Assembly (NCBI GenBank): GCA_963675755.2
Contig: CAXXMD010000003.1
Location: forward strand, 3,168,001 to 3,232,000
Source: a bacterium
GTDB taxonomy: Bacteria; Zhuqueibacterota; Zhuqueibacteria; Residuimicrobiales; Krinioviventaceae
Direction of reading: 5' to 3'
Length of the DNA stretch: 64,000 nt
In this document: positions 1-10,301 of the stretch, in pieces
How the letters are laid out: every line of letters begins with the position of its first letter
Numbering within the stretch: the stretch's first letter is position 1
Program-made: the position numbers and the translations under genes
The notes under the pieces: generated by a model
Seen by the model: only the letters and a program-made list of their open reading frames with translations
Told to the model about the DNA's origin: nothing
The model's database searches: none

Positions 1-1
1 A

Positions 2-1624
2 TATCTGGGACAAAACCAGACTGCTCTGCATTTTGGATTGAATGGCTACAGCTCTTGTGACGTACGAGTTGTTTTATCGGATGGAACACAACTGGACTAT
101 GCCGGCAAGAGTGCAAACCGGCAAATTACTGTTGGTGGGCCCGTTGAAAATAATTCCAACTCTGTAAATGCTCCCAATGTGCATACACCGCTGCCTTGTG
201 GTCAGAATAATTTGCAATTGTCATGGGAAGCAGTCAATAGCGTGTCCGGATATCACATCTATCGTGATACTACTCCCTTTTTTGAGCCAGACTGCCAGAA
301 TGGATCGAATCGTCTTGCAGCACTTGTAACAGATGAGGATCCCAATGCGTATGGTATTCAGTGGACCGATACTGATCCTGTTTTGGGAGATCATGAGGTA
401 AATTATTATTATGTTATTACATCTATCAAAGATGGTCAGGAGAGTGAGTGTTCAAAACATATTGGTGCATTTGATTACAAGCTGATAACCACTCCATCTA
501 CAGATTTTAATGAAATTGCTTTGTCCCTTTCAAAAGCGGATTTGGTAACCGCAGAAGATTTGATGCATGCTATACCCGGTTGTAATAGTGTTGCCAAATG
601 GGAACCAAGCATTCAGGGATACATGCAGTATATTCCTGGACTGTCTTCAACAAACTTTGATCTTGCTGAAGGGCATCCCTATTATGTGAATGTAACGGAC
701 TCTTCTGTTTACAGCCTTTCCGGTGAACTGGTTAACCCCAATTATCAACTTATTACAACGCCATCTACGGATTTTAATGAGATCATGCTGCCTTTGGATA
801 AATATGAAATTACCAAAGCCTCTGAACTGATGCAGGAGATTCCGGGATGTAACAGTGTTGCCAAGTGGGAACCAAGCATTCAAGGTTATATACAATATAT
901 ACCGGGATTGTCATCAACAGATTTCACTGTACGTGCGGGTTATCCATATTATATAAATATTACTCAGGATATTAGCTGGCCAGAGGCCGGTTTAAGTAAA
1001 TCTACTGCCGCGAAAAAAGATGTAATTACCGGCAACACTCCGGTCCATTCACCGCATGCGGTTTACGGTGAATTGGAATTACATGAAGAGATAATTGGGC
1101 TGCATTTTCGCGCCTACCTCCGGAACAGACCGGATGATTATATCAAAAGTAGCGGCAGTGGTTCTTTAATTACAGATACAGAGTGGTTTGTACAATTATC
1201 CACTATACCTGGTGGATGGCAGGCAGGTGAAGAACTGGTTGTTGAGTTTTATAATGAACATGATGTGCTTGTTGGCACGGTTACAAAAGAATTGAGTTGG
1301 AATGCCGCAGATGATGCGGGTTTGGTCAGTCTTGATAAAGTGGTTACCGAATACGAATTGCATCAGAATTATCCCAATCCTTTTAATCCGCAAACCACAA
1401 TACAGTTTGGTCTGCCAAAAGCATCACATGTGGAATTGTTTATTTCGGATGTTATGGGAAGACGTGTAAGAACATTAATAAATGCCAACCGTGGGGCCGG
1501 GTATCATCGGGTTGTGTGGACGGGTGTTGACGATTCCGGCCTCACAGTTGCTTCTGGTATTTATTTTTATTCGCTGCATACAGGCGATCAAATTTTGAGA
1601 AAAAAACTTGTATTAGTAAAATAA
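2..1624 (+). CDS. Secreted protein (5' truncated) with an 89-aa-period tandem repeat and a C-terminal FlgD-Ig/T9SS type A sorting domain
   Basis: The frame is open from base 2. It carries the repeat Y(K/Q)LITTPSTDFNEI...IPGCNSVAKWEPSIQGY twice. The C-terminus reads YELHQNYPNPFNPQTTIQF...ASGIYFY...KKLVLVK. Confidence 0.8.
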   Translation, partial: YLGQNQTALHFGLNGYSSCDVRVVLSDGTQLDYAGKSANRQITVGGPVENNSNSVNAPNVHTPLPCGQNNLQLSWEAVNSVSGYHIYRDTTPFFEPDCQNGSNRLAALVTDEDPNAYGIQWTDTDPVLGDHEVNYYYVITSIKDGQESECSKHIGAFDYKLITTPSTDFNEIALSLSKADLVTAEDLMHAIPGCNSVAKWEPSIQGYMQYIPGLSSTNFDLAEGHPYYVNVTDSSVYSLSGELVNPNYQLITTPSTDFNEIMLPLDKYEITKASELMQEIPGCNSVAKWEPSIQGYIQYIPGLSSTDFTVRAGYPYYINITQDISWPEAGLSKSTAAKKDVITGNTPVHSPHAVYGELELHEEIIGLHFRAYLRNRPDDYIKSSGSGSLITDTEWFVQLSTIPGGWQAGEELVVEFYNEHDVLVGTVTKELSWNAADDAGLVSLDKVVTEYELHQNYPNPFNPQTTIQFGLPKASHVELFISDVMGRRVRTLINANRGAGYHRVVWTGVDDSGLTVASGIYFYSLHTGDQILRKKLVLVK

Positions 1625-1646
1625 CATTATTGTTAGAATAAGCTGG

Positions 1647-1684
1647 AAACGTCCTGATAATTTGAATTTTCGGGACGTTTTTTT
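1647..1684 (+). terminator. Rho-independent terminator
   Basis: AAACGTCCTGA...TCGGGACGTTT stem followed by a T-tract. Confidence 0.75.
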
Positions 1685-1751
1685 GTTTGCAGTTTACGAT
1701 AATCTTTTTATTTTAGTCTTCTGGGCCAAGAAAAGTTAATGGACAATTTTG

Positions 1752-4079
1752 ATGAAGCATTTTCTCAAGGTAGTATCTCTTGTTATTGGGGGCGTATGTA
1801 TACTTTTATTAATGGGCATTGCTACTTATTGGTTAAAGTATCAAAGCATTGTTAATACTGTACACAGTAATGAAACAGAAAATATTAAGCCAGGTACTCT
1901 TGGTAAATGGGTAAATACATTTATCGGTACGGGTGGATTCCCGGCCTGGGTGTGTGGATACAATTTTCCCGGAGCTACCGTGCCATTTGGCATGGTCCGT
2001 CTCAGTCCCGAAACCTCATCATTTTTTCGAAATACCAGGGGATTAAATACCTCGGGATATTATTATGGTGATAGCAAGATACTTGGTTTCAGCCATACAC
2101 GCCTTGCAGGAACAGGTGCAACTGACGGTGGACATTTCCTTATAACGCCGGTTACATGGAAGCCTGAAGAGATTGATTATACCCGGGATTTTTATTATAC
2201 TTTTTCACATGCTGACGAAACCGCATTTCCCGGTTATTATCGTGTGGCTTTGGATAATAATAATGTTATTGCCGAGTTAACCGCAACAGAGAGAACAGGA
2301 TTACACCGATATACTTTTCCTGATCAGACTAACAAGGGAATTCTTTTAAACATAACCAATACCATTGCGAAAAAACGGGCAGAGAATGGAATCGTAAATA
2401 TTGATACCGAGAGAAATGAGATTTCCGGTTCTGTCAGAACGTTTGGGTCCTTTGCCGGCAGGTATGGCGGCATTAAAGTCTATTTTGTTGCACAGTTTGG
2501 CACGCCTGTAACACATTATGGAATTTGGGATGGAAAGGTTTTTACTCCCGATCTTTCTATTGCCAATAGTGATACCTTGATTGTCTATGCGGGATTCGAT
2601 GAAAATATCAAAAAGGTGAATATCAAGGTTGGTATTTCTCATATAAGTATTGAAAACGCGCGTTTGAATCTGGAAACAGAAGCCGATAGTCTTGCTTTCG
2701 ATGAGGTTTTGCAAAGCGCAATTCAAAAGTGGGAAGAAAAACTCGATCTGATTGAAATTGAAGGCGGCAGCGATAAAGACAAAACGATTTTTTACAGCGC
2801 GCTGTATCGTTGTTTTCAAATGCCAACCATTTTTAATGATGTAAATGGCGAGTATTTCGGATTTGATAAACAGGTGCATCAGGTAACGGATTTTAACTAT
2901 TATACGGATTTATCCCTTTGGGATACGTTTAGAACTCTGCATCCTTTGTATATTTTAATTGCTAACGATTATCAACGGGATATGCTGGTATCGCTGGTGA
3001 AAATGGCTGAACAGGGTGGTGCTCTGCCGCGCTGGCCTTCAGGCAATGGTTATACCGGTTCCATGCTGGGCTCGCCCGCGGATATGGTTGTTGCGGAATC
3101 ATATCTAAAAGGAATTATGGATTTTGATGTAGAGCTTGCTTATGAAAAGATAAAGGCTGTTGCGCTTGCTCCGCGCCCCAAAGGGGCCTCTTATTCAGGC
3201 AGGAGAAGTATTGAAGGATATTTAAAATACGGTTTTTGTCCTGAAGATTTGGGTGAGCGTTCGGTCAGTCGCACGCTTGAATATGCCTGGGCGGATTATG
3301 CTATCAGTCAGTTGGCGGGTGCATTGGGTAACAAGGCGGATTCGGTTCTGTTTGCGGAACATTCCCGTTTCTATAAAAATTTGTGGAATCCCAAAACACA
3401 ATACTTTCAGTCCCGCTATAGTGATGGCAGATTTGTGAAAAAATTTAAACCTTTGCAATTGACCTATACGGACTGGGATGAAGAGTATACCCGCGGTTAC
3501 GTTGAAGGCAGTGCGTTGCAATGGCGCTGGGCAGTACCTTTTGATACAGAAGGGTTAATGTCTCTTTTTAAAAACAGGGATTATTATATATCAGAGCTTG
3601 AACACTTTTTTGAAAAGGCAAATCCGAAACTGGCAACCTGGATACCGGATTCGTATTACTGGCACGGCAACGAACCGGATATTCATGCGGCGTATTTGTT
3701 CAATGATGCCGGCAGACCGGACCTGACACAGAAATGGGTTCGATGGGTTCTGGATAACAAGTATGATGTATCCTATACGGGAATTGACGGCAATGATGAC
3801 GGCGCTACACTTTCGGCGTGGTATATTTTCAGCTCGCTTGGCATTTATCCCATTGCAGGAACCGATATTTACCAGCTTGGGGCCCCATTGTTCAAACATG
3901 CTAAACTCAGGATGGGTGATAATACCCTGACAATCATTGCGGAAAATTACGCTCCTGACAATATCTATGTCAAAGCCGTTTATTTGAATGATAAACATTT
4001 ATCGCAATTCAAAATTAAACATGCGGATATTGCCAATGGCGGGACTTTGCGATTTGTGATGAGTGAAAAGCCAGAGTAA
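1752..4079 (+). CDS. GH92 family alpha-mannosidase
   Basis: Motifs VNTFIGTGG, PGATVPFGMVRLSP, GFSHTRLAGTG, SLWDTFR, YWHGNEP and GNDDGATLSAWYIFSSLGIYP. Confidence 0.93.
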   Translation: MKHFLKVVSLVIGGVCILLLMGIATYWLKYQSIVNTVHSNETENIKPGTLGKWVNTFIGTGGFPAWVCGYNFPGATVPFGMVRLSPETSSFFRNTRGLNTSGYYYGDSKILGFSHTRLAGTGATDGGHFLITPVTWKPEEIDYTRDFYYTFSHADETAFPGYYRVALDNNNVIAELTATERTGLHRYTFPDQTNKGILLNITNTIAKKRAENGIVNIDTERNEISGSVRTFGSFAGRYGGIKVYFVAQFGTPVTHYGIWDGKVFTPDLSIANSDTLIVYAGFDENIKKVNIKVGISHISIENARLNLETEADSLAFDEVLQSAIQKWEEKLDLIEIEGGSDKDKTIFYSALYRCFQMPTIFNDVNGEYFGFDKQVHQVTDFNYYTDLSLWDTFRTLHPLYILIANDYQRDMLVSLVKMAEQGGALPRWPSGNGYTGSMLGSPADMVVAESYLKGIMDFDVELAYEKIKAVALAPRPKGASYSGRRSIEGYLKYGFCPEDLGERSVSRTLEYAWADYAISQLAGALGNKADSVLFAEHSRFYKNLWNPKTQYFQSRYSDGRFVKKFKPLQLTYTDWDEEYTRGYVEGSALQWRWAVPFDTEGLMSLFKNRDYYISELEHFFEKANPKLATWIPDSYYWHGNEPDIHAAYLFNDAGRPDLTQKWVRWVLDNKYDVSYTGIDGNDDGATLSAWYIFSSLGIYPIAGTDIYQLGAPLFKHAKLRMGDNTLTIIAENYAPDNIYVKAVYLNDKHLSQFKIKHADIANGGTLRFVMSEKPE

Positions 4080-4131
4080 TGAATGGATCTGTATGGATCT
4101 ATGATTTTATCAATACTAAATCTACATCTTT

Positions 4132-5415
4132 TCAGTTTTTGAAATACTGTGCCATTCCTGCTAATGGCAATGCTTCGTCCCCACGGGCTTTGAATTGACT
4201 GGTTCCAAATTGTGACTGTTCAAACATGGCATTGATGATAATATTAATCGCCTGGTCAATATTGTTAACATTAATATCCATTTCTTTTGCCGATACCAGT
4301 ATTGGCAAAGCATTGATTGTAGAGTATCCGTTCTTAGTGATCTCTGTTACCAGATTTTGCAGGGAAATTTCCAATCCGTGATCTAGTGGTTCATAAAAAG
4401 CATGCTCTTTGGGCAATACCTGATATAATGCCAGCATACTCCTAACCAGAATGACATGATAGCTTGTGCTGGCGTTGTGTGGGTCAACCCACCTGCCATT
4501 CTCCATTAGACCCGGTAAAACTCCCAGTTTGCATTTTTGTATTGAATGATTGAGCCAGGTTTCATTTTGAGTAACTGCATAGTATCTTGCCAATAACCAG
4601 ACAGAAAACGCGTTATAGTTCCAGTTTTTAACCAGATTTATATTATTACAATAATCGGCGGCTTTTTGAGCGGCATCAAGATACTTTTTATCAAGAGTTG
4701 TTTTATAGGCGTCTAACAATGCTACCCCACAAACACCTGTATCGAACAGGGTACCTCCGCTGCCATCATCCTGTATTACCCGGTTATTTGCAAAGGCATT
4801 GGGATTACGTTCATAGAGACGTTCCAGTGTTGGACTGAATTTTTCACTTTTGCCTCGCAGGTCCGGGAACGGAAACATGCCCGAATCTAACTGCTGTCCA
4901 CACAAATAACCTGCGCTTTCAACAAGTAATGACTCTATATGTACTTTATTGCTGATTGAAAAGTCAAGCATTTCTGAAATGCCGCTAACCAGATAGCCGT
5001 TAAATCGCAGCATGGGAGGGACATCCTGAGGGTAATTTGGGGGGATCCATTCGCCATTACCATGATACATGTGTTTTTCGATAAAATTTAGATACTGGTC
5101 AAAATATTCAAGAGCCTCAGACAACGTATGGATTTGTTGATGGGTAGCCGGCATATAATACCGGGGTTCAGTTTCCGGTTTTCCTGCCCATTCTCCCAAT
5201 TCTGCTTTTAATTTTTGTACGAGAACCAGTATTTGTTGTTCATCTTGCTTTGCAAGTGCAAGACTGAGCTCATTTGCTATGGGTTGTACCTGTTTCATAA
5301 CCGATTTGGGATCACGAACAGAGTCAGTCTTGCTCTCAGCCAGATCTTTGCTGATTGCCTCTACTCCTGCTCCATATAAAAGACAGAGCAGTATCCAAAA
5401 GACTTTTATTTTCAT
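4132..5415 (-). CDS. Secreted hypothetical protein, probable alpha/alpha-toroid fold
   Basis: 427-aa ORF with a signal peptide and helical repeats (YLCGQQLDSGMF, KKYLDAAQKAADY). Confidence 0.6.
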   Translation of the reverse strand: MKIKVFWILLCLLYGAGVEAISKDLAESKTDSVRDPKSVMKQVQPIANELSLALAKQDEQQILVLVQKLKAELGEWAGKPETEPRYYMPATHQQIHTLSEALEYFDQYLNFIEKHMYHGNGEWIPPNYPQDVPPMLRFNGYLVSGISEMLDFSISNKVHIESLLVESAGYLCGQQLDSGMFPFPDLRGKSEKFSPTLERLYERNPNAFANNRVIQDDGSGGTLFDTGVCGVALLDAYKTTLDKKYLDAAQKAADYCNNINLVKNWNYNAFSVWLLARYYAVTQNETWLNHSIQKCKLGVLPGLMENGRWVDPHNASTSYHVILVRSMLALYQVLPKEHAFYEPLDHGLEISLQNLVTEITKNGYSTINALPILVSAKEMDINVNNIDQAINIIINAMFEQSQFGTSQFKARGDEALPLAGMAQYFKN

Positions 5416-5436
5416 TTTTAACCAGCTTGAATATTT

Positions 5437-8400
5437 TTAATTAAATTTTGTCAACCTTACCGGTCCCAATAAACCCGATTCAAACAGGGGTGAGTCTTTT
5501 TTATAATACCGTTTTGTGGTAAAGGTATATCTGCCGCTGGTGCGGGGTTTGCCTTCTAACAGCCATTTCGGCCATTGCCCATCTTTGATTCCGTCATCGG
5601 GGAGAAATTCATCTCCAATCAATCGGTTGGGCCAGAGATTGGCAATCTCGATCTTGAGGTGATTATCTTTATCTTTGACCGCACCGGAAATATCTACTCG
5701 CCAGGGATGTGTCCAGACAATACCCAGATCCTGATCGTTCAGAATGACATGTGCCAGGTTGCAGACCTTGCCAAGCTCCAGGAACAGGCCATCCTCAATA
5801 GAAAGATCGTTGGGTAAATCAAAGGTTTTGTTATAAACCGCAATTCCCGAATAGTATTTCACTCCTTTATTGGGATGTTTAGACCAGTCCGATAATTCAT
5901 CAAATTGTATGGATTCCGGGCCGCCCCATTTGGGATCAAACTCTACCTGCCAGGGACCTGTAATTTTAGCTATGTTTTGGAATTGTTTGAAATTGGAATC
6001 CTTTGATGTTTTCTCTGTTTTTTTATCTTGATCAAAGACTATGAAATAACTGCTATGAGGCTCAAATTGCAACGGGATTGTGGTATGCTCTCCGTTAATC
6101 GTATAATCTGTTAACGACCAGGTCACACCGGTGAGCGGGTCCCACAATTCAGGCGAGCCTTTTGTTGAGCGGAACCGGCAATCGGTTTGTACAAGCGCGT
6201 CTTCTCGATTGGATACAAAATAGACATCGAGTTCTGACGTTTGACGATGCGTATAGCGGATTGGGCCGTCGCTTTCAAAATCAGGTGTAACTGCCAGTTC
6301 TTCCAGTATTGTGGCAGTAATTTCAAAAGCAGGGAACAGGGATGCATCCATGGGGTTGAGTGCACTGCCGGATATGATCTTGCCCTTGCCGTATTGCCGC
6401 TCAATCAGTCCGTCGGGTAGATCAAATCCGCCCCACATGGCCTCTGCCAGTGAATGTACATTTTTATCACATTGGGGATAATCGACCAGACTTGGGGATT
6501 TTAACGGTGGCGGACCGGCAATTACGGCTCCATCCCAAACCAGTCTTTCCAGCTTGTGCAACAATTCCGGAGTCATGGTTTGAAGGTTGGGTAACACCAG
6601 CAGCGCATAAGAGGCGCCACCTGGGAAAACGATTCTGTGGTTCTTGACTTTTGCTTTTGCTATCAACTGCAGGGGAGAGCAGGTGTCAAAATTATAGGAC
6701 TTGCGGTCCGGCAGGGTATCACATCCTGCCAGTGCGGATTGGGGAGGTACAAACACATTCGGAGCACCTTCAGGAGTGAGGTACAGAATATCCGCAACCG
6801 TATTGCCCTGTCGCAGTAAATGCGAACAACGCGAAATATATTTGTGATAAGCGGAAACCATGGGCCACCAGGTTTGTCCACGGTCCCAGTGAACGCCATA
6901 GGGCCCCATGCACATTCCCGGACGGTATTGTTCGCCCAAGGGTTTGTGAGCAAAAGTGTGATACACAAACTTGTTAATACCCATACAGAGCGCCCAATCA
7001 CCCTGATTTTTCAATACTCCGGGATACAGCTTCCAGGCTTCATCACCACCAGCGGTAAAGGCCTCTGCCGCAACCACCGGTAAACCGTTTATATGCGCAA
7101 TGGATGAAGATTCGAAGCAGCTATAGGTTGTGTTGAAGCCATATCCCTTGCTCCAGAATTCACACATGGGCACATCCGCGTAATCGCCCATATCCAGATC
7201 AGAGGTGGGATTCATATCATACGGCTCAATGGACAGACCCAGTCCGTAACGCTCTCCCAGGTTTTTGATATGATTAACATGGTTTTCAAGCACCAGCTCT
7301 TGCGCTGTCAGACGAACATCCCATAAAAAGCGTTCGGTCTTTTCGCGGCTGTTAACAATATAACCTAGATATGTGGGTAAATAGGGGACAAGAGAATATC
7401 CGCGGCGCTTGAGAAACTCGCTGCGGAAAGTATCTGTCCAGTTTTGCGCGCCCATTTCCCAACTGTCCATGTGTAGCATGGTAAGACCCGCGTTTTTGGC
7501 AAGCGGTGCACAGCGTTTCAGCAGTTTGCCTACGTATTGATCAAAATGCGCGTTGAATGCGGTGGTGTCAAACTTGTCGCATTCGAATCCGAGTCCGGGA
7601 GCTGGAGCGGGACGTGTAACCGCACCGTTGTTACGCATACCAAAACGCAGAATTGTCATGTCACCGGCCAGGCTTTTATCAAGGCTGCCATCGGGTTGCA
7701 GATATTGAGTCAGGTTTTCAAAATTGTTAGAAATAATGATTGAATCCGTCGAGGGTTCATAATATTCTGGTTGTGAAGGCAGCCAGGGCTTTACATTGGG
7801 ACGCGAACTGTATGGAGCGCGGTAATAGAGCGCTTTTTCATCACTGTCCTGTAAGCGGAGTGGTCCACTTGAGCTACGATAACCCAGTACAAGAACATCC
7901 TCGTAATAGTCGTTCCATTTTTCTTTCAAAGTGGGGGACAATGCCCTTTCGCCAAAATAGGGGCGCCGTGGTTCGGGCACAGGTAACATTAAATTGTCAT
8001 GTATTCCGCGATTGTCAAGCTCGGTAACAGAAGCAACCAGATGGCGCATGGACTGTTCAGGTTTTACCCAGGGGCCGCCGCTGCCGCTCCATCCGGGTCC
8101 TACCCCCAGAGTGATCTCGATACCCAGCCGTTCCGCTTCTCGCACCAAGTGCACAAACAGATCCTGCCATTCCTCGCTGAGCATATCTACCGGGCCGCGC
8201 GGAACACCCACGTTGACTTCGAGGAAAACCACATTGCCAATACCCGCGGCTTTCATGGATTCCAGATCGGCAGTCATTTCCTCACGGGAATAGTTGCCGT
8301 CCATAAAGTACCAGTACACGCCGGGTCGCGCATTGTCGGGAGGATTGGCGAATTCCTGTTTCAGTTGTGATGTGGTAACAGACTGTGAAGGGTTACATCC

Positions 8401-8481
8401 GGTTGTGAATAAAATAAACAGGATTAACAAGATACTGCAAAAAACGGATTTTACTATCAGCGTAGTGTTTTTCATGATCAT
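5437..8481 (-). CDS. GH106 family alpha-L-rhamnosidase-like lipoprotein
   Basis: FANPPDNARPGVYWYFMDGN, DLESMKAAGIG, DSWEMG, AAEAFT; C-terminal beta-sandwich; lipobox FTTGC. Confidence 0.88.
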   Translation of the reverse strand: MIMKNTTLIVKSVFCSILLILFILFTTGCNPSQSVTTSQLKQEFANPPDNARPGVYWYFMDGNYSREEMTADLESMKAAGIGNVVFLEVNVGVPRGPVDMLSEEWQDLFVHLVREAERLGIEITLGVGPGWSGSGGPWVKPEQSMRHLVASVTELDNRGIHDNLMLPVPEPRRPYFGERALSPTLKEKWNDYYEDVLVLGYRSSSGPLRLQDSDEKALYYRAPYSSRPNVKPWLPSQPEYYEPSTDSIIISNNFENLTQYLQPDGSLDKSLAGDMTILRFGMRNNGAVTRPAPAPGLGFECDKFDTTAFNAHFDQYVGKLLKRCAPLAKNAGLTMLHMDSWEMGAQNWTDTFRSEFLKRRGYSLVPYLPTYLGYIVNSREKTERFLWDVRLTAQELVLENHVNHIKNLGERYGLGLSIEPYDMNPTSDLDMGDYADVPMCEFWSKGYGFNTTYSCFESSSIAHINGLPVVAAEAFTAGGDEAWKLYPGVLKNQGDWALCMGINKFVYHTFAHKPLGEQYRPGMCMGPYGVHWDRGQTWWPMVSAYHKYISRCSHLLRQGNTVADILYLTPEGAPNVFVPPQSALAGCDTLPDRKSYNFDTCSPLQLIAKAKVKNHRIVFPGGASYALLVLPNLQTMTPELLHKLERLVWDGAVIAGPPPLKSPSLVDYPQCDKNVHSLAEAMWGGFDLPDGLIERQYGKGKIISGSALNPMDASLFPAFEITATILEELAVTPDFESDGPIRYTHRQTSELDVYFVSNREDALVQTDCRFRSTKGSPELWDPLTGVTWSLTDYTINGEHTTIPLQFEPHSSYFIVFDQDKKTEKTSKDSNFKQFQNIAKITGPWQVEFDPKWGGPESIQFDELSDWSKHPNKGVKYYSGIAVYNKTFDLPNDLSIEDGLFLELGKVCNLAHVILNDQDLGIVWTHPWRVDISGAVKDKDNHLKIEIANLWPNRLIGDEFLPDDGIKDGQWPKWLLEGKPRTSGRYTFTTKRYYKKDSPLFESGLLGPVRLTKFN

Positions 8482-8597
8482 CCCTGGTTTTGATGTTTTT
8501 TGAATATATTAATAAATTAAATGCTTTACCATATCTTTTCATATATTTTTTTTGTAGTTTTTTATAATAGAATGATACTAATAAAATAAAAACAGAT

Positions 8598-9095
8598 ATG
8601 AAAAAGAAAACGGGCAACGGTCAATTTATTGATTTGGTGCTTGAAAATCAGAATATTATTCACAAAATCTGTGGTGTTTATTGTTATAATCACCAGGACC
8701 GTCAGGATTTATACCAGGAAATCGTTTTACAGATATATAAATCATTTGACCGTTTTCGTGGTGAATCCAGTTTCAGTACATGGATGTACCGGATTGCGTT
8801 AAATACAGCGATTACACAACGACGCAAACGTAACAGACTTGAACAATTGCATGATTTTACGGATTTGGATCTGTTACAAGCCAATATGGAGCCCAATCTG
8901 GATGAAGAAGTGAAACTGCTTTATCTCTCAATTCAAAAGTTGAAAAAAACGGACAGGGCAATAATCCTGTTGTGGTTGGAGGAAAAAAGTTATCAGGATA
9001 TTTCAGATATTACCGGGCTGACTGTAAAAAATATCAGTGTAAAACTGGTCCGTATCAAAAGAGAACTGACTGAAATTATTAATAAATTACAGTGA
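8598..9095 (+). CDS. ECF RNA polymerase sigma-70 factor
   Basis: DLYQEIVLQIYKSFDRFRGESSFSTWMYRIALNTAI; region 4 SYQDISDITG. Confidence 0.93.
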   Translation: MKKKTGNGQFIDLVLENQNIIHKICGVYCYNHQDRQDLYQEIVLQIYKSFDRFRGESSFSTWMYRIALNTAITQRRKRNRLEQLHDFTDLDLLQANMEPNLDEEVKLLYLSIQKLKKTDRAIILLWLEEKSYQDISDITGLTVKNISVKLVRIKRELTEIINKLQ

Positions 9096-9099
9096 AATT

Positions 9100-9822
9100 A
9101 TGAAGAATTTAGACAATATAAAAACTGCCTGGCAGCAACATAATCACCAAACCATTAACCCATCATTAACTGAAAGGGATATCATGTTATATATAGAACA
9201 ACAATCCTCGGATATCAGTACCCTGTTCCGCAAGGGATTGATTACCGATGTGATAATCAAATCGGTTCTATTGATCTCTTTTATGGGATTAATAAAAATT
9301 TACCAGAATCAGGTACCGGTTATGGGAATCAGTATTGCTTTGCTTGTTTTTTCTTTGCTGCTGCTGGCCATACAGTATGTGTTTTACCGTCAGGTGGCAG
9401 GTATTGAAGATCCATTGCAGGATACCCGAACTTTGCTGAAAAACAAGATCGATTATTTTTACAAGAAATATACCCGTGCTATTGTAATAGCTGCATTAAC
9501 CAATCCTTTGCTGGTTTTGTCCGGATTTCTTTACTACTTTTATCTGAAATATGGCTCAGTACGGCCGTTAGACACAATTGATATTATGGTGTTTGGCAGT
9601 GCGATTGCGTTAAGCTTTGTAATTTCGGTAGCGGCCCAGTTTTATCAGTACCGCTTTCATGTTAAACAGCTCGAAGAAAGTCTGGAGGAGCTTGAGCAGG
9701 ACACTATAGATGAACAGATGATACAAACATGGAAGCAGAAACGTGTTCGCCTGGTTTTGTTTGCAGTGCTGGCACTAGTACTGGGATTGATGATCTTTGC
9801 ATACATTGTTATTTTACAATAA
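9100..9822 (+). CDS. Membrane protein, probable anti-sigma partner
   Basis: About 5 hydrophobic segments; N-terminal 'LDNIKTAWQ' as seen in ECF-linked membrane proteins; starts 4 bp after the sigma gene. Confidence 0.7.
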   Translation: MKNLDNIKTAWQQHNHQTINPSLTERDIMLYIEQQSSDISTLFRKGLITDVIIKSVLLISFMGLIKIYQNQVPVMGISIALLVFSLLLLAIQYVFYRQVAGIEDPLQDTRTLLKNKIDYFYKKYTRAIVIAALTNPLLVLSGFLYYFYLKYGSVRPLDTIDIMVFGSAIALSFVISVAAQFYQYRFHVKQLEESLEELEQDTIDEQMIQTWKQKRVRLVLFAVLALVLGLMIFAYIVILQ

Positions 9823-9954
9823 ATTAAAGCAGTGCTTGATCGAGATACATATTCATGTATCGAGAGATATTGGATTGGGGACATTTGTCCCAAAGCAGGT
9901 GATAAAGACTGTTGGTTTCTTGAGGATTGCAGCATTGATCAATGTTTGTGGAAA

Positions 9955-9982
9955 TGGTTACAAGGCAGAGCCTTGTAACCAG
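9955..9982. repeat. REP-like palindrome copy 1 (GGTTACAAGGC-AGA-GCCTTGTAACC)
   Basis: Perfect inverted repeat; recurs at 11177, 11384, 18984 and 20473. Confidence 0.9.
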
Positions 9983-10301
9983 AATTGATACCTTGTTCTT
10001 TGATACCAGGATGATAAGCTTAATTCAATGAATTGCCCGGCACCTCGAAGGTGCGGGGGGAAATATACACCAATGGGAGGTACATTCGTCCCATTGCAGG
10101 TTATCATGTGTGTTGGGTTCTTTTGAGCTGTAACACAACCCTTTATATTTATTGGGAACATGCAAAAAGACAGAACCTTGTAAATAGTTAATATTGGGAC
10201 AATGTCTTTAATAATCCGTTAAATTACTTTTGGATTTAAAAATATAAATATTAATTTAAAAAAGTTAATATTTATATAAATCGGGAAAAAGGAGGGTAGT
10301 T

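Noticed and set aside
5575-8617. Numerous 60-190 aa ORFs overlapping long genes here and throughout the window
   Set aside because: They are antisense or alternate-frame shadows of well-supported CDSs, with no motifs or RBS support.
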